Below, piece by piece: positions 9,879 through 22,148 of a stretch of DNA of 59,241 nucleotides. Below the pieces are notes generated by a model, which worked only from the letters and a program-made list of their open reading frames with translations, ran no database searches and had not been told where the DNA came from. The translations under genes were made by a program, and so were the position numbers. Each line of letters starts with the position of its first letter. The stretch's first letter is position 1. This DNA is from Hydrurus foetidus (lineage: Eukaryota), in the NCBI GenBank assembly GCA_900617105.1, contig UYFQ01000397.1:1-59241 (forward strand), in the 5' to 3' direction.

Positions 9879-10692
9879 GATTGAGGTATCTTCAAAATTG
9901 TGTCTTGAGAGCGTCACTCGACAATTTTTGTAGCACAAAAAGGACCCTTTTTGTCCGGCGTTCGTAGGAATGTGTCGCTTACACTTTTTACTCCGACGGT
10001 TTTTGGCGTCATAAGGCCATGACGCCGGCGACATTTACAAAAAAGGGATCCAAAAAATGTAAAATACGTGCGTCATAAGGTCTGGCCTCACTCAAATCTG
10101 GGTTACATAAATTTTTTGAATTTACGAGGTCACCCACTGATAAAAATGCAAATTAAAACTCTGACGGTCTGACGCAAATTGTTGTGAGTGCGTTGTGGAT
10201 CCAGCGATCTGGGATCCGGTGTTTTCGATAATTTCAACAATAAAATACTGCTGATGATTTCGCCAAAAACTGTTGACGAAGTTCACTGCTGAAAAGCCAT
10301 GAGATTCAACTGTTGATACCACCGTGACTTGACGCAATATCCTCTGGGTGCAGACGCACGAATCCATGCAAACATCTCACGGTGGTAACTTCTAGTGCCT
10401 AAATTGAAGTTGGACATAGCAGGTCGTCTTGGTCTTCTTGCTAGGTCCTGGGTGTCCTATAATCATTGCACAGCTTGCGACTTTCTGCATTCTTCAATCC
10501 ACCTACAACTGGGAGATCTCCCCAGACATGCGATCACCCAATTTTCCCCCGCACGTATCGCCTAGTCAATATTCCATTAGCACACAACTCTGAAGATTCA
10601 ACAGGAGTGACTTTCGAATCCTATCAGCCCTACACTGTAGCAACACTCGCAGATAGTGACCACAAGTGTTATCCATCTCTCGGTAGCTAGGA

Positions 10693-13600
10693 ATGGCTTT
10701 CTCTTTAGATACGGACCTCCGCGCCCATCTCGATAATCATCTTGCATCGCTGGTGTCCGCATACGTGGAAAACAAGTTAAAAAGATTCGGTCTCTACAGA
10801 AGGACGACGATACATACAGGAATTACAGTAGCGCAGCGTACTTTTGGGGATAAAATTAAATGCATCGACACTTTGCTGCGTGAATCTGGCAAGCTTCTCG
10901 TCAGTAAGCTTCCTATTACAGCAATGTCGAGAGATGAGACATATGAAATACACTTGAAAGACATACTAATCACAGAGTGGTGCAATTATGGCATCTTGGT
11001 CGTGGATAACGGAGGAACTCGCCACAAGGAATATTACATATCCGCCTTTCTCAGCGTTGCTGATGTGAGAACTTCTATCCAAAAAACTTACCACAAGTCG
11101 AGACTTGAGATGTATGAAGAACTTCAGAACGCCGTAAAAATAATGCCTTGTAAGTTCTTAAAAATTCTATATGTCTCTCCAAAATATAGCAATGGCACCA
11201 ACTCACATATCATATTGACTTTTTCTGCAGCCGCTAACGGGAGGAGGCTTTGCTGCTCAAGAAGCGATAGGGAAGAGCTCTTCCGCTTGAACTGCTTTGC
11301 GGATCACATGAATTTCATGAAGGATTTGTTCTGCCTTGAGAGTGGACTCGATCCTCGCTCGTACAAGAAAAATGAAGGCAATCATCTTTATCTTTTTCCA
11401 TCTACCTGTTTTTGTTTTTGTCTCCAATGTATAGAATACCTCAGAGAGCTCTGTGACGTCTTCTGACTGCACTTACAGACGGTCACAACTATTGATTTCG
11501 CTGCCTGCACTCTGCAGTACTCTACTCTCCGTTCCTATTCAACTTCAGCTCGGCACTGCTCACTTTTGTCCTATCTCCTTCCTATTCTTCTATTTTATTC
11601 TGCTCAACAAATTGACCACTTAAGATTCTTACGACGTACCTTCATCTTTCCCACACGTTCAACCTACAGATGGTCCTTATCGTTTCGACCCTGCTTACAG
11701 TCATCCAGACATTCGATACGCTGCTTTTCCAGGTGATTGTGACTCCTCACTCCACTGAATGTGAAACCCACTGTTGATATCACCTCCTCATCACACACTT
11801 GCTCTACGTCTCTGCACGGTCAGCGCCATACGGCCCATGGGAGCATTTGGTGATGTCCTTAGAATTCATCATATCAGGTCAGCAAATTCGTCATGCAATG
11901 TCATCCGATGCATTATCATTCAATGCAAAGTCGTTCAATACACATGATGCAACGTCACGTCACGCCATGCCATGTCACATAATGCTACGTTGCACAAGTC
12001 CACACCGCGACGTCACTCTATACCATGCCTTGCCATGCTATACCACATTATGTCCCACAAGTGCTTCCTTACTTACTCTCTGCTCCGCCATCTAAAATAC
12101 TGATTCAGCATCTTTTGAGCACCTCCTGACCCACGCTCCCTTCACTACTCTACTATCTAAATAGATGAAACGAACTGCATGAGGATGGTGCAGCAGTTCT
12201 ATACAAACACGACTGGGAAATTCGACCTGCTAGTCTCCTATCTCAACAGTGACCCAACTCGTGGCAAGTTAATCAGTAATATATACCACCACCCTACCAT
12301 GGCCGTACTGGAACTTCTGAGAGGTATCGGATCCAAGATCCCTGACCTGCAAATACTTGTTTTGCAGAGTGAAAAGGACCGTTTCACTTTGCCGCTTTTT
12401 CTTTTTTCATTCTTCTCTTTCCTCTTTTCTCCTGTAATTCTTCCTTTCCCATTCTTCGTCAATTCCTTCTTGATTCTATTTCTTTTGCTCTTCTCTTTTC
12501 AACGAACACCTTGTCCACTACCATTACCTATTGTAACGACTCTCTTCTTTCTTGTTAGTTGCGGGGCCTGACATAAACCTTCTCGAAGTGGGTGCGCAAA
12601 CGCCAGGAGGATCGTTGTGCACTATCGACTTCTTTTTTCAAGAAATCGGAATTAATTTAATCGCAACAATGACCTATTTTCTGCAAAAAATGGTCCTATT
12701 TGGTAAGTTTTAAATGCGTCGTAAGCATTGGATTACTTGACTAATAGAACTGGTGAAAGTTTTCTGTGGTCGTTGGAGCTGTCCAATTTCGTTTTTTAGT
12801 TATCTTTTCCACATGTACATCATTGTGATCATCGTAGTCAACATATCGTCATCACCGTCATCACTAACGCGTGCACTCCACTTTGCTATTACATCTAGGT
12901 GGCACCATCAATGGCGAAACGTCTCTTAAAGATTTCTTCTACCCCGAGTCCGGAATGTTCCGGTTCAAACCGGGAGACGGTCTGTCCCGCTGTACGAGAT
13001 ACGTGACGGACGATCTTAGAGCGGCATTCCCCTGCACATTCGGTATGTGAATCTTATCAATATTTAGTTGAAGACTGAGTGCTCGTAGACCGGTAATGCG
13101 ACTGTCACTCAATGCATGATGTATGCGAGTGAAAACAGATGGTACATCTGAAAAACTGGGATGAGATGGAGACATGGAGAGAAGTTCAGCTTTGACAACA
13201 CCTAGTGACTTATCATTTAAGCGCTCGATACCGACATGTCTCACGCCTGACACCACTCCCACTCTTCCTCAACACTCCAACTCAGACGGAGAGTCTACAA
13301 AGTTCTCAGTCACTAGTCGCAGACGATTTCAAATCATTGCGCTCATCTCAAAGTTCTTCACTTCGAGGAAAGAAGACGACTCCGAGGTAAACCCCTTTCT
13401 CGCACCCTCGCTTTTTCACTTATGCTCCTCTTTACATCTCAGTCCTTCCCTCCCTTCTTTCCTTCCTGCCTTCCCTCCTCCCTCCCTTCCTCGCTTTGCC
13501 TCACATGCCTACGCACTCCCTCCCTCTCTTCTTCTCCCTGTCCTTCTTTTGCTTTGTACGCAGATGTCTTCGCCTCTATTCGATAGACACATGGACTTGA

Positions 13601-15117
13601 GAGGCAGCTCTCTGGACTTCGATCCGGACGCCATCCCTCCCGCCTTCAACAATAAATCTGGGAACAGCTCAACTAGCGCTAGCAACGCGAACCACGAGGG
13701 CAGCAGCTTTTACCGGTCAAGCGGCAACAACAACAACAACAACAGCAGCAGTAGCAGTAGCAGTCACGGTACAAGCAACAGCAACGCCAACACTTATAGT
13801 AACTTCAACAGGAACACCAATATTCGGGACAGCAGCATCAGCGGCAGCGACAATAGGAACATAAGCAGCGAGTGCAAAGCTGCTGTTTCTGTCGGGAACA
13901 ACACCAGTGCTAGTAGCAGCAATGTCAATGGCGACAATAGCAGCTCTAGTACTGGTACCGGCACGAACAGCAGTACCACTCGCACCATCAACAGTAACGC
14001 TTTGTCTGAGAGGAGCCCTTCATCATTCCCTGAAGGCCCACCCAACATCACAAAGAAAGACACCGTACGAAGCGCAGTACCGGAATTCAACGCCGACACC
14101 AATGCCACCCAGAGCTCCACCGACAGCACAACATTCACCAACTCGACCCTTTTCAACAGCAGCAACAACAACAACAGCGGGAGCACTGTCGGTAGCACTA
14201 GTTTCAACGACACCGGCAGTCGAAGGCCTCCATCAGAGCGCGCATCAGAACGCTCCAACATTGCACTGCGTCAGCAATGCCTGCCTCTTAGTGGGTTCCA
14301 GGAATTTCCCTCCTCTCTTCCACTCCCCCTACCGCCCCCTCTCCCACCCCTATCGACAGCCTACAGTACCAGCAGCAGCAGCATCGGCAGTAGCGGCATT
14401 CAGGAGTCATTACAGCGACGTAACGATCCTGATGTTCGCAACAGCGATGTTTGCTTGACTAACGCACTTGATTCGAGTAAATTTCAAACTGGACAAGTCG
14501 CAGTGCCGGAGCCGTCCAACCAAAGAGCTATCGCAGTTGTCCTCGCCTCAATCAAGGTCAGCTATGCAAAATCAAACTGCACATTAATTTGTGGAAATAT
14601 TCGCACAGACTTTCATTTGCGTAGCACTAGTATGCGTGCGTGCTTCAGATTCTTATCGGCTCAAGGGTTCACTCTTCTAGATTTATATTTCTTGATTAAT
14701 TTTTTTCTTCTAAGCGTATGACAGCGTACCTTGATGACCAACACTTCCTATCCAACCCTATTTAGCCGTGTTTTATGTTCACGGCATGCTTATGTTCTGG
14801 TTCATTTTTAGGATTTTGGCAGGCCTGCACCAATACAACTCAACACCCTCAACGACATCTCCGTGATGAGCGTTGAGTGCGGTGCTGTAGGGGGTGTATG
14901 TGAGGGGGGACCAACTAGCGGGGATAGGGCTCCTCTCTCCTCTGTGTCTCTGGAATCACCAACCGAAGTCTTTCCAGTCATCTATCCGAGAGAAGATGAA
15001 GTAAATGACACTGATCCTACTCGAGAGGAGAAGGCGGAATCGCCCATCTTAGAAACGAAAGAGGAAAGTCAAAATAATAAGAAAAGAAAATTTCTCATAG
15101 ATTCCAAAAGTCTATGA
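10693..15117 (+). CDS. Hypothetical multi-exon gene(s) or pseudogene with a S/N-rich low-complexity exon
   Basis: ORF 10693-11466 contains an 81-nt GTAAGT..TTCTGCAG intron-like segment (11150-11230). Further exon-like blocks follow polypyrimidine-AG sites near 11670, 12165, 12559, 12899, 13564 and 14812. No recognisable domain, and exon linkage is uncertain. Confidence 0.35.
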
Positions 15118-15413
15118 TCTAAAGTACATACATGGTATTCGATATGGTCAGAGATGCTATCGTTCGATTACATTCAATTCAATTCAATTCAATTCAATCC
15201 ATTTAGGCTTGCGGGACAGTTTCGAACTCATAACGCGACCAACATGCGTGATAACTTCGCTCCTTTTATTATTTACAACCCAGTCACTCAATCTATTCCT
15301 GTTCAGAATATATCCATACGCCCCGAAATCTATCAATTCCTTTAGTTTATCATCCATCACAACACAAATTTGCCCCACCCGTACATATTATTCCCCTACA
15401 CATCAAGTACTAC

Positions 15414-15548
15414 CCTCTCTTTTTCCCTCTCTCTCACACACACTCTCTCGCTCTCTCTCGCACACATGCAAACACACACACACACACACACACACATGCG
15501 AACACACACACACACACACACACACTCTGTCACGCTCACACTCTCTCA
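15414..15548. repeat. (CT)n/(CA)n microsatellite
   Basis: Runs of CT and CA dinucleotides are directly visible. Confidence 0.9.
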
Positions 15549-17321
15549 ATCTTTCAATTTCACTCTCCCCTTGAAGTGAATCGAGTCGTCCTTTGTAGTC
15601 ACCTTCGGGTCAAATGTATTGAACGTGACTAAACGCTGACTGAAATGTGACCGCCATGATATCGATTCACAGGGAATGAATAAGTGTGCTCGATAGTCGA
15701 CAGGGCAGCTGACGAGAAAAATCCGTCATGCAGCCGTTCGTTTTCCGCTTATTCATTCATTCATTCACTTATTTATTTATTCATTCATTCATTTGGTCGT
15801 TCACTCTGTTCCTCCCGTACCAAAGGCATACTGTTGCGTAGTATTACCTGATAGCGTTGCGCTAACCATGTTGTACTCTTCGTAAGTTTGTTTTTTAATC
15901 CTGATCTTCGACTGCAACTTCGTTGCTGATCGGTTCTGAAGTTGCTTGCACCTCATCCTAAATTTTCAAGAAAGTCACGAATTTAGGCAAGGGTGAGTTG
16001 GGAAGTCTGTAGTCCACAAGCCCGCCAGCCAGGATGTCAGGAAGGCAGGCATGGATGCCTACGACTAGTCCCGCTCATTGACTAGATCCATTCTTGAAGT
16101 TTTGCGCATGCCATGATACAACATTGGGGTGTCCAGCATCGCATGCTTCAAACTGGTTCTACAGTATGACCTTAAATTATTATTTTAACTATAATCCGCA
16201 AATACTTAAATTCATGTTTTTCATCTGATACAAAGGGGACTCAGATAACCGTGATCATCGCTCTCATGCTGTTTTAGCCCAGTACTGCAGTGCCTTCAGA
16301 TGACGTGAGGTTGGGTCGGATGAAAATGAAAAGTCCCAACAGGGGGAATCTTCGACAGCAGCAACACCCTGCCCACAGAATTTTGTAATATTTATTTTCA
16401 TTCCCCAAGGACAAGAAGGTCCTCGATTCGATTCTGCAAAACAAAAGAAAGCAAGAGCATTGGAATGCGATGTAGATGCGCTTATGGATCATTCTCATAC
16501 GCCTGTTGCGATGGAGTGGGCGGTTAAGCCGAACTCCCCGATCGATGAAATGTTTTCACTCAGGAAGCTCAACGACATCGAGCTCGCTTTCAAGCAGCAG
16601 GTAGACGATGCGCCAGCTGATGACAACAAATAAAAGAAACAGCGTGCAGATCAGATACAGATCAGTATTAGTAAACTCATCACGTAACACGCGTTGGAAC
16701 TCGAGGATTTTTCTTGTAAATTATTGGAGAATTGGAAAGAGAAAATAGGTGCTAAACTCGCCAAATGCGGCAATAAAATGGCGTGGGTTGATAAGAGAGC
16801 GGGAACGACTAGATCACATTTGTGCGAGATTAGGACAGAAAGCTGACAGCTCAGAGAAGAAGATTTTAGACATTTTTTTATCAGGCATTATTGGGTCTGA
16901 CGGATTCTGAGGCTGCATAGAGACGCATTTCACGGATTACTGTGGCGATACAATAGGTGCACTAGTACACTCGCCACCTGTTGCGCAGCTTCATTTACAT
17001 CTTGTATTTGACGTAATTTGCTGTTGGATTTCAAACTGTTTTATTGGTCGAAAGGATTTCTTCAATTACATTTCCTTTTTCTTACATGTAGTTTGTCACT
17101 ACTGAAGTTCCCCATAATTGATGTAAAACAAAGCGTTTCGAAATATTGATGACTCATGATTCAGTGGTAACAGAGACTAGCATAGTCACGCCATGGCATT
17201 TCATGTGCACAGCTTAACGATATGGCGGCAAAGCAGTTGCGGTGTGAGTAGACTAACTGTATGACCACTGCCACAGTCAGTGCACAACGCTTGCATGTGA
17301 TCACTTCTATCTTCAGCAGCT

Positions 17322-19505
17322 CTATGCTTTGACATCCTCAATTCTGAAGGGACAAACAAAATCGAAACAAACAAAAGTTACGCATATGAGGGTTTTTGGT
17401 CTTAAATAATATATATGAGAAATGTAGTCAATTCAATCTGTTGTGACGCATTGAGTGTGTATGAAGGTGTGCGCCTTCCGAGTTACCTGGCTTTATCAGT
17501 TGATGCTGCGTCAGCTCTAGCCTTGTTCCAGAAAGAAGAAGGAAGCACTCTCTTCTTGTCACATCTAAATGATGAGAGATGAGTGGTGAGAGTAAGGGGA
17601 TGTGTCATCAATGTGTTGATGTGGCGAATCATGCTACAACTATTCATCATCACTGCAAATAGGCGTAAGAATTAAGTCCCGTTATCTATTGCACAAGAGC
17701 ACAGTCAGAGGAGTTGCCCTTGCTCTGCTTGATTCCGCATTGTGGGGCAGTGTTCCATATATAAACTAAAATATGTAGCTTCTAATGAAGGACATGACAT
17801 GCGCAGAAGAGACCATAGTAACCTCCGCATTAGCAATTGAAGTGAGAGATCGTATTGTTACCTGTCCTGGTACTTCTGGGTGATGTCGACCACCTCGTCC
17901 ATGAGACCCGCCTCGAGAGTCACGGGATTAAGTCCCAAGCTGCAGAACTTCTGGTTGGACACCTGTTGAAGTGGATTAAGGAGTGGATGTTGGAACAGAG
18001 TGAGCGGGAAGGATTACTGGGCATACAGTGTGTGGAAGCTTGTTGTGGAGATTGGAGAGAGATGTGAGAAAGAACGCATTCCACTATGAGAGTATAGAAA
18101 TGAGCTGCAAATCATAATTCGGCCAACTTTTTATGACACTATCTGAAAAAACGAATGGTGTACAAATCTCCATGCCACATGAGCCGTTACACACCTGCAG
18201 TTCGTTCTCTGCGTCCTCCTTGCGAGGGTTCTCCAAATTGCGGATCTCCACTCCTGTCTTGCCAGCTATGAGGGTGGCGAGGTCGCGGACCTTTAGGGTC
18301 TCCGCCACTTGGTTGAAAATCTCGACTTTCTCTCCTGTATGAACAAAATGACGCGATGATTAATAAGTAAGATGTGTGAGGGAATTGATTGAGTTGATTC
18401 AATGTCAGCGATTCTGGACCAGTGGAAATTAATATGAGCACTTTACTGGCATCAGTTACTCTACATGATTCGCAATAGACTCATAAATATTACCTGTCTG
18501 TGGTGGGTTATTGATGGCGATCTCGATGCATCTGGCGGTGTCGGAGATGTGGATGAATGCTCTGGTCTGTCCGCCAGTTCCATAGACTGTTAGTGGAATA
18601 TTCAATGAAGCCTGCATCAAGAACCTGTTCAGCACTGTTCCGTAGTCACCATCATAGTCGAATCTGTTGATGAGTCTTTCGTCTCTGATAGTCTGGGCGG
18701 TGTTCGTGCCCCACACCACACCCTGGTGGAGATCGGTCACGCGGATTCCATCGTTTTTGTTGTAGAATTGGAACACAAGGGCGTCCATGCATTTGGTGAG
18801 GTGATAGATTGATCCGGGATACGCGGGATGAAGAATCTTTGAGGGTCTTCCTCCAGGGAGAATCACGTCCAAATATCCCTCTGGAATCTCTCCGCCTGAT
18901 GTGCCGTAACCGTATACTCCCATGGTTCCCAGATGTACTACATGGATGTCCACTTCTGACTCCACAATGGCACAGAGAAGATTGTGAGTGCCAGATACGT
19001 TGTTGTCAATGGTGTATCGCTTTCTGCGACCATCCTTCATGCTGTATGGTGCTGCTCTCTGCTCCGCAAAATGAACGACAGTGTCGGGCTTCTCATCCTT
19101 CAAAAATTGTACGAGCTCTGCGTAATCAGTCAATAGATCAAGATACTTAAATTTCAAGTTCTTCTTTCCTGAAAGGCTGTTCCACACGTTACACCTTTCC
19201 TCGATATTGGCTATTGGAGTCAGTGAGTCGCATCCGAGTTCAATATCAATTTTACGACGAGAGAGATTGTCGACCACAATCACTTCATGCCCCTGGTCGC
19301 TCAAGTACAGGGAAGTCGGCCATCCACAGAAACCGTCACCGCCGAGCACGACAACTTTCTTCGGCTTCATATCAGCAACCATTTGCAGCGCATTCATTCC
19401 ATGCTGTCTGGGCAGAACAGCGGACTTTACATCGAATCTATTGACGGGAGAGAAGGCGTTACAGCTCGCCACCATCAGGAGCGCAACAACTCCGGAGCCG
19501 AACAT
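17322..19505 (-). CDS. SQD1: UDP-sulfoquinovose synthase, plastid-targeted
   Basis: Motifs GGDGFCGWPT, HFAEQRAAPYSM, GTMGVYG, YHLTK and DLHQGVVWG. Exons 19505-18494, 18334-18195, 17962-17862, 17564-17487 and probably 17343-17322 (alternative stop at 17483). Leader MFGSGVVALLMVASCNA-FSP. Confidence 0.96.
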
Positions 19506-19901
19506 GATTTTGCCACTGCGGGAATAGAGGGCGTATTATCTGCGGCTATGTCGCAGTTGCAATGGATATTCATTACCTACAGATACGGCAGATACGTGTG
19601 TCCTCCAAGAAATCCCGTACCGTACACTGTTGAAAGGGATTTAGTCCGAAAGATCGGATCGGGACTTGGGTCCGAGATCCGGGATCATTCGCACCGTTCG
19701 CCGTTCGTCCGTTCCCACTGACAAGCTCACACCTCAACCTGTAAACCCATGGACTGCGGAGCCGCAAGAATTTTAATTGTTCAGCCGCATCAAGTATGTC
19801 TTATCACCAACATAACAGCGTCGGTACTCCCAGTAATCTTTGAATCGTGAAGAGGAAGAGGTAGGATCTACAGCCACTTATCAAAGGATAACTGGATTCC
19901 C

Positions 19902-21428
19902 ATGTCGGAAAGCAACGAGGATCTCACACAGAAACTCAGCGGTGATGGAGATCTGAACAGCGACACCGCATTACCTAAGAAAGACATTGGAGAGGATAGA
20001 AACAAGCCATATGGAGCTCGTCAGACTCACTTGTCAATTCAAGATATTGCTACTCTGAATGTTGAGAAGCTAACGCCTCTGACGCCCGAGGTCATCTCGC
20101 GTCAAGCAACGATGAATATTGGAACTATTGGCCACGTCGCGCACGGAAAATCAACTGTTGTAAAAGCCATCTCAGGCGTCCAGACAATTCGTTTCAAGAA
20201 CGAACTTGTCAGAAACATTACCATCAAATTAGGCTATGCAAATGCGAAAATTTATAAGTGCGATGGCCCAAAGGATGAACCAGGAAACTACTGTTCAAAA
20301 GGAAGCATGACAGCTGATGAATTCGTTGAGAACGGGAAAACGTGGAAACTGCAGAGGCATGTGTCTTTTGTTGATTGCCCCGGGCACGATATTCTGATGG
20401 CAACCATGCTTAATGGAGCTGCAGTCATGGATGCTGCCCTTCTATTAATCGCCGGTAACGAGCCTTGCCCTCAGCCACAGACATCCGAGCATCTTGCAGC
20501 AGTGGAGATCATGCGCCTGAGGAACATCATCATCCTTCAGAACAAAGTTGATTTAGTCAAGCCCGATCAGGCGGAATTGCAGCATGAACAAATTAAGAAC
20601 TTCGTTGCCGGAACAGTGGCTGACAGCGCTCCTATCATTCCTATTTCTGCTGTGCTGCGGTACAACATCGATGTCGTGTGCGAATACATCACCCGTTACC
20701 TCCCAGTCCCGACCAGAAACTTTACAGGCTTTCCACGCCTGATTGTGATCAGATCATTCGATGTGAACAAACCTGGAGAGGATGTGCAGACCCTAAAGGG
20801 AGGAGTGGCAGGCGGATCCATCCTGCAGGGTGTGCTGAAAGTTGGGGACGAGATTGAGGTCAGGCCAGGAATAGTTTCAAAAGACGAGAATGGAAACATG
20901 AAGTGCACCCCCATCTACAGTAGGATTATGTCGCTGTACGCTGAGCAGAACGATCTTCAATACGCTGTGCCTGGAGGCCTCATAGGTGTGGGTACGAAGA
21001 TCGACCCCACCCTCACACGTGCTGACCGATTGGTGGGACAGGTGCTTGGCTTGAGAGACCACCTACCAGAAGTGTTCACAGAAGTAGAGATATCCTATTA
21101 CCTTCTTCGAAGACTGTTGGGTGTGAAAACTGTTGAGGGGACGAAGCAGGCGAAGGTGGGTGCGCTTGCCAAGGGAGAGATCCTCATGGTCAACATCGGA
21201 TCCACAAGCACAGGAGGCAGAGTTGCAAAGGTGTACGAGGGCCCTAACAACGAGCCCATCGCGAGAATCACACTCACACAGCCTGTGTGCACCCAAGAGA
21301 ACGAGAAGATCGCCCTCAGTCGTCGCGTTGACAAGCATTGGAGATTGATCGGGTGGGGAGAGATTAGAAAGGGCCAGCAAATAGAGATGAGCGAGTCTTT
21401 CCAAGTCAAGAATGTCGATATTGCGTGA
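19902..21428 (+). CDS. EIF2S3: Eukaryotic translation initiation factor 2 subunit gamma
   Basis: [48 protein letters not shown] and WRLIGWG in a single exon of 508 aa. Confidence 0.98.
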   Translation: MSESNEDLTQKLSGDGDLNSDTALPKKDIGEDRNKPYGARQTHLSIQDIATLNVEKLTPLTPEVISRQATMNIGTIGHVAHGKSTVVKAISGVQTIRFKNELVRNITIKLGYANAKIYKCDGPKDEPGNYCSKGSMTADEFVENGKTWKLQRHVSFVDCPGHDILMATMLNGAAVMDAALLLIAGNEPCPQPQTSEHLAAVEIMRLRNIIILQNKVDLVKPDQAELQHEQIKNFVAGTVADSAPIIPISAVLRYNIDVVCEYITRYLPVPTRNFTGFPRLIVIRSFDVNKPGEDVQTLKGGVAGGSILQGVLKVGDEIEVRPGIVSKDENGNMKCTPIYSRIMSLYAEQNDLQYAVPGGLIGVGTKIDPTLTRADRLVGQVLGLRDHLPEVFTEVEISYYLLRRLLGVKTVEGTKQAKVGALAKGEILMVNIGSTSTGGRVAKVYEGPNNEPIARITLTQPVCTQENEKIALSRRVDKHWRLIGWGEIRKGQQIEMSESFQVKNVDIA

Positions 21429-22148
21429 TAGATTACCCTGAAACATCCACTCCACTCCCATACACGTTTCACCCAAATTTTGATTCCACATCTCTGAGAA
21501 GAGGTGAGGAGAATTTGCAAATACTGAAATGTAACGTACTGCAGTACCGTGTAAGCAAGTACGGGACGTTACGGTAGTGCGACAAAGTGAAGTCGCCTGC
21601 TTCCTTTAGTAGGGAACTCTGCGGTACCATATCTCGACACCATAGCGACCTGTGTGACCCAGTTCCTCGAAGTCTCCTTGCTGCATTGCACTGTCTCCTT
21701 ATTAATCGAAATCACATTACGCCAAGACATCTTTCATTCATGTTCTCTTATTCTGACTGTGGTGTAACAGACTACATGCCTGAGAGTACGAAAGCTGACA
21801 ATTGTCACTTGCACGAGAAATAAATCAAATTGTGACAAACTGGTCAACATCTGAATCCAATTCTGTGCATAGTTCACGAAAACTTTACGACTGCTCCAAG
21901 TGCTGTGCAGCTGAGAGGAAGATGAACTGAAAAAAGAATAATTCTTTATAAGCGTGTTACTCGAATACTATCGGTTCCAACGAATATGTTCTGTACACTA
22001 AGTAAATCGGATTTAATTGCTCTCTCCTTTTCTTCTGTCTCTCTTGTTTGCCTTCGCAGTCACTAAATATGACTCACGAAATAAAGTGTATCAACAAAAG
22101 TACAGTGTATTGTGAATTGGAGTTACCAGCGCAATGCGCTGTGCAATG

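Larger units (their letters stand above)
8600..10087. mobile_element. Right part of a probable PIF/Harbinger-like DNA transposon, interrupted by gypsy element 1
   Basis: Two convergent coding segments. Candidate terminus ...GCGTCATAAGGTCTGGCC|TCA at 10087 (GGCC-type end, TNA-like flank). GCGTCATAAGG is repeated subterminally near 10006 and 10070. Confidence 0.55.

Noticed and set aside
19902..21428. Intronless eIF2-gamma as a retrogene
   Set aside because: No poly(A) remnant or TSD. It shares a normal divergent promoter with SQD1, and other genes here also have long exons.
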